DNA from: a virus
Lineage: Duplodnaviria > Caudoviricetes
Strand: one strand, 5' to 3'
DNA: 60,954 nucleotides
IMG/VR virus record: IMGVR_UViG_3300022220_000001
Coordinates: 1 to 60,954 of that record
Shown here in pieces: positions 54,461-60,954 of this stretch. The number at the start of each line of letters is the position of its first letter. The stretch's first letter is position 1. The notes under the pieces were generated by a model. It made no database searches. It was not told the DNA's origin and saw only the letters and a list, made by a program, of their open reading frames with translations. The position numbers and the translations under genes were made by a program.

Positions 54461-56416
54461 ATGGCTAAGACCGTAAGAGTCTTCGAAATTAGCACAACAT
54501 CAATAAGCAACTTAAAAAAGAAAGAAATTGCTTGTGAGTCAGTTAATGATACTGACCTTGGATGGAAGATGTGGGGAGGTAAAAACGCAAGTAGTGAACA
54601 AACAAAATTTTTAGGAAAAGATAAACCACTAAGAGTTACCACCATAGAGGGAACAGAAAGCTTAACGCTTGCTACTGGTGCAAGCGTTACCGGTATTAGC
54701 ACAGATGGCACTTTCGCTGATAGTAGCGATACTATACTTAAGACATCAGACGCTATAAAGACTTATATAGATACACAGGTGTCAGGGATAGTAACAGATC
54801 ATGGAAACTTAACAGGCCTCAGTGACGATGATCATTCACAATACATATTAACAAGTGGTGCAAGAGAGCTAGCCGCGAATTGGGATGCTGGCGGTTTTGG
54901 TATTACTGCAACACATTTTACAGCAACAACCGGAAATATTGTATTGAATGCAGGATATGTTGATTCAAAAGCCTATTATTATATCAATGGCGCAAAAGCT
55001 ATTCATACAGATGGAGTTAACAATATTGTTGTTGGGGCTGGTGCTGGAAATGACGGTGCCGGGGAGGGCGGAACATTTATAGGAGGTAATTCAGGGCGTG
55101 TTGTGACAGGTAATTATAATACTGGTATAGCTTTTAATACATTATACAATACAACCACTGGTTATGAAAATGTGGCTATTGCTTACCAGGCAATGTACGA
55201 GAATATAACTGGGTATAGAAATGTAGCTATTGGTAGATTTGCGATGTACGCACCAGAAGCAAACGTGTTTTGTATTGCTATTGGGTATAATGCTATGCGA
55301 CAAGGCGCTGGGGGTGGCTCTTCCAATGTTGGCATTGGTGCTCAAAGTGGATTTAATATGACGACATGCCAACGTGTTATTGGTATTGGTGATGATTCTA
55401 ACTATAGCGTTACCACATCACCAGATAATCTTTCTATTGGGTATAGATCTTGTTATAACTTACAGGCCGGAATTGGAAATAATATATCTATTGGTAACTA
55501 CTCCATGTATTCATCGGTCGGATCATATTATAATATTAGTATTGGGTACGAAACCAACTATTTATTAGAAACAGGTGTCGCTAACGTTTCAATTGGGCAG
55601 CAATGTCAACGAAATAACATTTCTTCCAGCTACAATACAACATGCGGTGCATACTCGCTAAGGAAAAACCTTGCCGAATTAAATACAGCTCACGGCTATT
55701 CCGCAGGATACGAAAACACAACTGGAGTAAGAAATGTTTTCCTGGGGGTATATGCAGGAAGATACAACCAAACAGGTACAAGAAATGTTTTTATAGGTGC
55801 TTATGCGGGGGCAAATTCTGCTGTATATTCATCAACAGGAAACGTGTGCATTGGTTACACTGCTGGGTATAGTATAGGAAACAGCACATCATACAATGTT
55901 TTTTTGGGATTCAGTGCTGGATTCTATGAGACCGGCTCATCTAAACTGTTTATTGATAACCAGGTGCGGTCAAGTGAGGCAAATGGCAGGATTAGTGCAT
56001 TGTTGTATGGTGAATTTAATTCAACAGTCTCAAGCCAATTATTAAGAATTAACGCAACGGTACAGCTATACCAAGATGATTTATATATGAAATGGGGAGC
56101 CGGTGCGGATTCTGGGATAAAAGACTCCGGTACGCATATGGTTTTTGATGCTGACTTGAACTCGGTAACGGGGAGAGATTTTTACTTTAATAATGGAAAT
56201 ATTGTATTGCAAGATGGTAAAAATTTTGTTTTGGGGACAACAACAGGAACAAAAATAGGGACATCAGCAACACAGAAAATTGGTTTTTACAATGCGACAC
56301 CGATAGTACAGCAAGCACATATAGTAGATGCAGATGGTAGCCTTGCAGATATAACAAGTAAATTTAACACACTATTATCATATATAGAAAATTTAGGTTT
56401 AAGCGCAGCTTCTTAA
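54461..56416 (+). CDS. Trimeric fibre protein with YadA-head-like NxAIG repeats
   Basis: DHGNLTGLSDDDHSQY motif; many N(V/T)(A/S/F)IG repeats; C-terminal IGFYNATP. Confidence 0.75.
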   Translation: MAKTVRVFEISTTSISNLKKKEIACESVNDTDLGWKMWGGKNASSEQTKFLGKDKPLRVTTIEGTESLTLATGASVTGISTDGTFADSSDTILKTSDAIKTYIDTQVSGIVTDHGNLTGLSDDDHSQYILTSGARELAANWDAGGFGITATHFTATTGNIVLNAGYVDSKAYYYINGAKAIHTDGVNNIVVGAGAGNDGAGEGGTFIGGNSGRVVTGNYNTGIAFNTLYNTTTGYENVAIAYQAMYENITGYRNVAIGRFAMYAPEANVFCIAIGYNAMRQGAGGGSSNVGIGAQSGFNMTTCQRVIGIGDDSNYSVTTSPDNLSIGYRSCYNLQAGIGNNISIGNYSMYSSVGSYYNISIGYETNYLLETGVANVSIGQQCQRNNISSSYNTTCGAYSLRKNLAELNTAHGYSAGYENTTGVRNVFLGVYAGRYNQTGTRNVFIGAYAGANSAVYSSTGNVCIGYTAGYSIGNSTSYNVFLGFSAGFYETGSSKLFIDNQVRSSEANGRISALLYGEFNSTVSSQLLRINATVQLYQDDLYMKWGAGADSGIKDSGTHMVFDADLNSVTGRDFYFNNGNIVLQDGKNFVLGTTTGTKIGTSATQKIGFYNATPIVQQAHIVDADGSLADITSKFNTLLSYIENLGLSAAS

Positions 56417-56432
56417 CACTGGAGGAAACAAT

Positions 56433-56738
56433 ATGAATGTAAGACAAGAATGGTTCATTAGTAAAATACAAGGGTTATCGTTCAACGAAATATCCGCTCA
56501 TGCACAAAAAGTAATGTTAGAACAAATGTGGCAAGAAGAATTTAGAACTACAAAAGAAAATGCTCTTGATGTTGTGGATTTGTCGCAAAAATCAATAACG
56601 TATGCAAATATATTGTCATACTTTAACAATAACGTTGCAGATGGAATAACTTTTATTGACGGTGGTAGCGAATTAGATAATGTTGAGCGAGGAAGATTTG
56701 CCAGGAGAATTATGTCACAAGGGATTCAATTACTGTAA
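56433..56738 (+). CDS. Hypothetical protein (possible fibre chaperone)
   Basis: GGAGG RBS; follows the fibre gene. Confidence 0.5.
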   Translation: MNVRQEWFISKIQGLSFNEISAHAQKVMLEQMWQEEFRTTKENALDVVDLSQKSITYANILSYFNNNVADGITFIDGGSELDNVERGRFARRIMSQGIQLL

Positions 56739-56755
56739 AAAGGAGATAAAATATT

Positions 56756-57184
56756 ATGGCAGGATATCCACAAGGTAGTCAGGTAGCAGGGGAAGTAGAA
56801 GTTTATTCCACTGATGCCTATAGTGGTAGCGATACTGATGTTGATGCGACTGAACGGTACGGTGTAGATATAAATCTAACTGCAAACGTTCAGTTTGGAA
56901 TGGATATAAAATTAGTTGAAATTGGTGGTGCTTCTGGAACTGATAATGTGCTAATGACTGTTTATTCCCGTAGAGATAACACATGGGATGGTGACGAACA
57001 GAAAATTGATGAAAAAGAGTATACTAATGACGGAAGTGAAGATATATTCAGATATGTCATTGACGCTCTCAAAACTGGTTTTGGACATTATCGAGTTTCG
57101 TTTCAGGCGACACCTGGAGGGACCAATACTTTTGACCTGGACGCACAGGGATATTATTCACGTTTTCATAATTCGGATACTTAA
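56756..57184 (+). CDS. Putative structural beta-sandwich protein
   Basis: AGGAG RBS; acidic and beta-rich. Confidence 0.5.
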   Translation: MAGYPQGSQVAGEVEVYSTDAYSGSDTDVDATERYGVDINLTANVQFGMDIKLVEIGGASGTDNVLMTVYSRRDNTWDGDEQKIDEKEYTNDGSEDIFRYVIDALKTGFGHYRVSFQATPGGTNTFDLDAQGYYSRFHNSDT

Positions 57185-57185
57185 A

Positions 57186-57998
57186 ATGATTGGGAAACCT
57201 GCAAATATCGGTTGTTATCTTAATAAAGAACATCCACATGCGGACGGGCTTGTTGCTTCGTATCTGTTCCACGAAAAAACAGGAAAGCTCGTTGCGAATT
57301 ACTGCCGGAACGAAACTGATTCACTATATGCTGAATGGACTCCATACGGCGCGAAAGCGGATTCGAATGCAAAGTATGGTGTGATAGATAATACCGGAGA
57401 AAAATTAATCAACTCTGCAAAAGGTACGATTGTATGTGGAATGAGGTCGCAAAGTGCATTTGACGAGGGTGTTCTTAGGAAATATTTTGGAAATTCGACC
57501 TCTGGAGCCGGGTTGTTTAGAATTTATAAAAATACCGGTAACACATTAATATTCATGCTTGAGGACAGTGTTGGGGTGCACTGGATAAAAAATATCAGTT
57601 CTTCGTTTCCAAATTGGACAACAGGTAATCAGGTGAGTTTTCTGTGGAATCGGACACAAGTAATAAAAAGTATTTACAATATGGTAATTAGTGTAGATGG
57701 AGTACATGAAACACCAAATTCCCATTATTTAGCTACTGGTTGGAACGCTTTTACCGTTTATGACACAATGTACCAGTTTAATGATCAGGATTTAGACGCG
57801 CACTCAAACAGCGAGCTCAAGTATCAGTATATATATAGTAAAGATTTGTCAGAGAGAGTTTTGAAGAGTATTAAAGAGTCACCATATGAAATGTTTGAAA
57901 CCCCAAACGTTTTACAATATTTGTCCAGCACAGAAGAATTTTTTAATAAACCTGAAATGGCCGGTGCAACTGGCTGTTCTATTGGAATCGAAATATAA
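57186..57998 (+). CDS. LamG/concanavalin-like virion protein
   Basis: KP...LN..HP.ADGLV..YLF.E..G, GTI, VDG and IY...LS...PY.MF patterns; ATG 57186 avoids overlap with the upstream gene. Confidence 0.6.
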   Translation: MIGKPANIGCYLNKEHPHADGLVASYLFHEKTGKLVANYCRNETDSLYAEWTPYGAKADSNAKYGVIDNTGEKLINSAKGTIVCGMRSQSAFDEGVLRKYFGNSTSGAGLFRIYKNTGNTLIFMLEDSVGVHWIKNISSSFPNWTTGNQVSFLWNRTQVIKSIYNMVISVDGVHETPNSHYLATGWNAFTVYDTMYQFNDQDLDAHSNSELKYQYIYSKDLSERVLKSIKESPYEMFETPNVLQYLSSTEEFFNKPEMAGATGCSIGIEI

Positions 57999-58013
57999 AA
58001 AAAAGGAGGAGCT

Positions 58014-58298
58014 ATGGCAGGGCCAGACACATATTCAAATAGATTCACTAACCCATACACTGGGTCTGAAGTTGTACAACAATCATCTGACCATACTTTC
58101 GTGCACAAACATATACGTGGCCTACTTGTCACAGGAACGGGTAATGTTGTGGTTAGATTGAAAGAGGACAACCATGATTTAACTATTCCAGTGTATGTCC
58201 CTGTTGGTGGCAGTACAGAGCTGAGAGGGTATCTAATAAAGATATTACGTAGTACTGGTAATGGGACTACAGCAACAGTATTGTGTGGGTTAAAATAA
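58014..58298 (+). CDS. Head-spike base-like protein (RcGTA Rcc01079-like)
   Basis: P.....V..S.D.....RGLLV.G.GNV.V...V..G......K...TG...TAT pattern; AGGAGG RBS. Confidence 0.55.
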   Translation: MAGPDTYSNRFTNPYTGSEVVQQSSDHTFVHKHIRGLLVTGTGNVVVRLKEDNHDLTIPVYVPVGGSTELRGYLIKILRSTGNGTTATVLCGLK

Positions 58299-60379
58299 TG
58301 GCTGAAGATGTAAAAATTGACGAAATTATAACCGCATCACTATCTAACTTAAATAACAGACAGTTTGGATTCGAGACAGCTAATGATGCTGATCTTGGAT
58401 GGAAAATGGCAGGGGGTAAGAACAACAGTGGTGAAATATCGTTATTTTTAGCGAAGGATAAAGCTGCAAGAGTAACAACGTTGTCAGCTACTAGTGATGT
58501 TACTATTGTTAGCGGGGCTATAACAATCGATTCTTTGTCACTATCAACAGCACAATCTTATCAAGTAATGTATGGTGATTTCCAACAGGCCACAACGTTT
58601 AAATGGCAATCATCAATGTTGAGAATCGGATCCACAAACGCCCCTGAATACTTAGTAGATATAGAGTCGACAACGCAAAATAATTTTAGATTGGAAAATA
58701 GTAATAACAATGCTGAAAGCCCATTGTTATTGTTAGAAAAAACAACAGCAAGCCCGGCTGATGATGATGGGTGTGGCAAGATAACGTTTCGTGGTACTAA
58801 TGATGATCCATCTGTACCAGAGGTGGATTATATAGACATTGAGGCGTTTGCGGCTGATGTAAGTAGTAATGATCTTAACGGTACATTAAAAATAAAGACC
58901 ATGGTTAATGGTACTCAAACCGATACTTTGACATTGCAAGATGGTGGCCTAATAATAAAAGAAGAGGCAACACAAACGACAGATGCTTTTCGTGTGGATG
59001 ATAGCTCAGGCAATGAATTGTTTCGAGTGTGGTCCTCAGGGCATCTTACTAATGTTGATGGTATAAATACGGTATCGTCTGAGCAAGGCATTAGTTTATA
59101 TTGTCATAATTACGGTGAGGGGGCTCCTGACCATACTAACGGTGTTGGTTCATATGACCACACTGGTGGAACGTATGAAAAATTATTTACTAAAACATCA
59201 GGTGATGATTTTACACAGAACGATGCGGACACGGGCTCTTTTATAGTTCTAATTGGTGGGGCTGATGCTGGCAGGGTTGCAGAAATAAAAACTTATGTTG
59301 ACGCTGACAATGTAGAGGTAAACGGATTTGGGTGGTCGGGCGATATTTCTTCCCAACCATTTTATATTTACAAACATCCGACTTTTGTTGTTGGCGATGG
59401 AGACATTACAGAGGTAACAGCAGGTTCGTCTGGGAAGTTTGAGATATATAGTTATAACTTTACTGGCGATTACGTGTCAGAAATAAAGCTAGATAGCGCA
59501 TCAGATAATATAGATGCGTTGTTATTGAAAGTGGAGTCTAACGGATATGACCAAAACAATGCAATAAATATACAGCATAATGTTGGAGATCTACAACCAG
59601 GTGACCTTTCGCATTCATTGCAGATCCAATTGGATGAAACTGGTGCAACTTCCGCAGATAGTACCACTGATTTGCAAGCTATACGATTAGAAACAACCGA
59701 CAGTTCAAGCGCTAAAAAATGTGGAATATGTGTAGGGCCAGGTTTTGATAACGTTTTGAGTATTTCAGGATCCGATCCGGCTGATCCTGATTATGGATAC
59801 ACAGTACTAAGCGCAAGTGTTGTTGATAGGGTTAATATCACTAGCCCTGATGGTGATGATACTTTTATTAATACTTCTGATGATGTTGCTTTGTTCGCTA
59901 CGGTGAATGATTACTTTTTGATAGGTGATGATAGCACATTTGAAATAATAAATATTAATCTTGCAACCAATGGAAGCCAGGATTCACAATTAACATTTTA
60001 TTATTCTAAAGCTGGTGGTGGTTGGACTCAGTTTTTCCCGTCTGATGGAACCAGTGGATTAACAAATTCAGGTAATATTTCATTTTCAGCTCCTGGCGAT
60101 TGGACTAAAGATGATGAAGCAGAAGCTAACGGGGATATTACAGAAGCATACTATATAAAAATAGTAAGAACAAAGTTGGGGACATACACATATCCGGTAG
60201 AAGATTTTTTCAAAATATATGCAAGTCAGGATACTGGCATGAAACTTCGTGGTGACGGCTCAATAAATCCACCAACAATAGCAGATGCAAGTGCTGAAAA
60301 TAATTCATTATATTATTCTTCTGACCAATCTAAGCTTGTGTATAAGGATTCCGGTGGGACAGTAAGGGATTTGTGGTAA
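58298..60379 (+). CDS. Second fibre/spike protein (N-terminus paralogous to 54461)
   Basis: About 693 aa, Asp/Ser/Thr/Gly-rich; shares SNL...ND.DLGWKM.GGKN.S.E...FL.KDK..RVTT with the 54461 fibre. Confidence 0.7.
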   Translation: MAEDVKIDEIITASLSNLNNRQFGFETANDADLGWKMAGGKNNSGEISLFLAKDKAARVTTLSATSDVTIVSGAITIDSLSLSTAQSYQVMYGDFQQATTFKWQSSMLRIGSTNAPEYLVDIESTTQNNFRLENSNNNAESPLLLLEKTTASPADDDGCGKITFRGTNDDPSVPEVDYIDIEAFAADVSSNDLNGTLKIKTMVNGTQTDTLTLQDGGLIIKEEATQTTDAFRVDDSSGNELFRVWSSGHLTNVDGINTVSSEQGISLYCHNYGEGAPDHTNGVGSYDHTGGTYEKLFTKTSGDDFTQNDADTGSFIVLIGGADAGRVAEIKTYVDADNVEVNGFGWSGDISSQPFYIYKHPTFVVGDGDITEVTAGSSGKFEIYSYNFTGDYVSEIKLDSASDNIDALLLKVESNGYDQNNAINIQHNVGDLQPGDLSHSLQIQLDETGATSADSTTDLQAIRLETTDSSSAKKCGICVGPGFDNVLSISGSDPADPDYGYTVLSASVVDRVNITSPDGDDTFINTSDDVALFATVNDYFLIGDDSTFEIININLATNGSQDSQLTFYYSKAGGGWTQFFPSDGTSGLTNSGNISFSAPGDWTKDDEAEANGDITEAYYIKIVRTKLGTYTYPVEDFFKIYASQDTGMKLRGDGSINPPTIADASAENNSLYYSSDQSKLVYKDSGGTVRDLW

Positions 60380-60383
60380 CATT

Positions 60384-60875
60384 ATGGCACTAGACAGACG
60401 TGGTATAGCAACAATGGCAAAAGATTTTTTAAAAGCTGACACATCTATATTATATGGTGATGATAAGCTAATCCAGCTAATCGAAAATAAAACGGCGTTG
60501 TTTTCAAAGGCGAAGGTGTCTAATACCTATCCAAACGCTATATATATATGGGTTGATGAGAGCGGAGCGACAGATGAAAGAATGCAAAATACAGACTATG
60601 ATTACATTCTAAATTTCAGATTTGAATCGTTACATGTAAACCCTGAAACATCGTCTAATACTGTTGATGATGCATTGGAAAGAATAAATAAAATATTCCT
60701 TGATGAAATGTATAATGGGACAAACTTATCAAGCTATTATACTGATTCAAACGGACAAATAATAAATATATCGGTAGGAACATCAACCTTTTCTTACCCA
60801 GAAACAGGTAGAGATAATGTATTTACAATAGAAATAGAAAGCGCAATAATAATAACAGTAAATAAATGGGCATAG
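60384..60875 (+). CDS. Tail completion/terminator-like protein
   Basis: 163 aa immediately before the tail tube gene across the circular junction; YP.AI pattern. Confidence 0.55.
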   Translation: MALDRRGIATMAKDFLKADTSILYGDDKLIQLIENKTALFSKAKVSNTYPNAIYIWVDESGATDERMQNTDYDYILNFRFESLHVNPETSSNTVDDALERINKIFLDEMYNGTNLSSYYTDSNGQIINISVGTSTFSYPETGRDNVFTIEIESAIIITVNKWA

Positions 60876-60954
60876 GAGGAAAAATCTATGGCAACTGAAA
60901 ATCCAAGAAAAAATAAAGTGTTTTTTTCACACAGAGAGGCAACTGCTGGTACTC
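60828..60954. repeat. Terminal direct repeat, copy 2
   Basis: Identical to 1-127. Confidence 0.95.

Noticed and set aside
60828-60954. 127-bp terminal repeat as a biological direct terminal repeat
   Set aside because: It cuts through coding sequence and equals a common assembler k-mer length, so it is best explained as circular contig overlap.

Overview
The window is an apparently complete, circularly assembled ~60.8 kb AT-rich tailed (siphovirus-like) bacteriophage genome. Positions 1-127 are repeated exactly at 60828-60954, most likely an assembler overlap. Almost all genes are on the + strand and have sigma70-type promoters and Shine-Dalgarno sites. Modules in order: tail (61-9343, with a -1 frameshift chaperone); recombination and early genes (9.5-16.8 kb); replication (lambda-O-like initiator plus primase-helicase, 17.2-20.4 kb); an accessory region (20.4-27.6 kb); terminase and portal (27.8-31.9 kb); a ~16 kb glycan-synthesis island between portal and head-morphogenesis gene; head, neck and several fibre/spike genes (48.5-60.9 kb). 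Main highlights: (1) a captured Lamassu/ABC-three-component defence operon trimmed at both toxic/catalytic ends and fused in frame to phage sequences (effector-less LmuA C-terminal domain, intact LmuC, LmuB cut at its ABC signature), a candidate dominant-negative anti-defence decoy; (2) a glycosylation island with about ten glycosyltransferases and an aldolase + CMP-ulosonate synthetase pathway, preceded by a promoter and a terminator/antiterminator leader; (3) several structured RNAs, including a double-T-loop tRNA-like element. No integrase, DNA polymerase, reverse transcriptase or recognisable endolysin was seen. All family assignments come from motifs recognised by eye, not from database searches.
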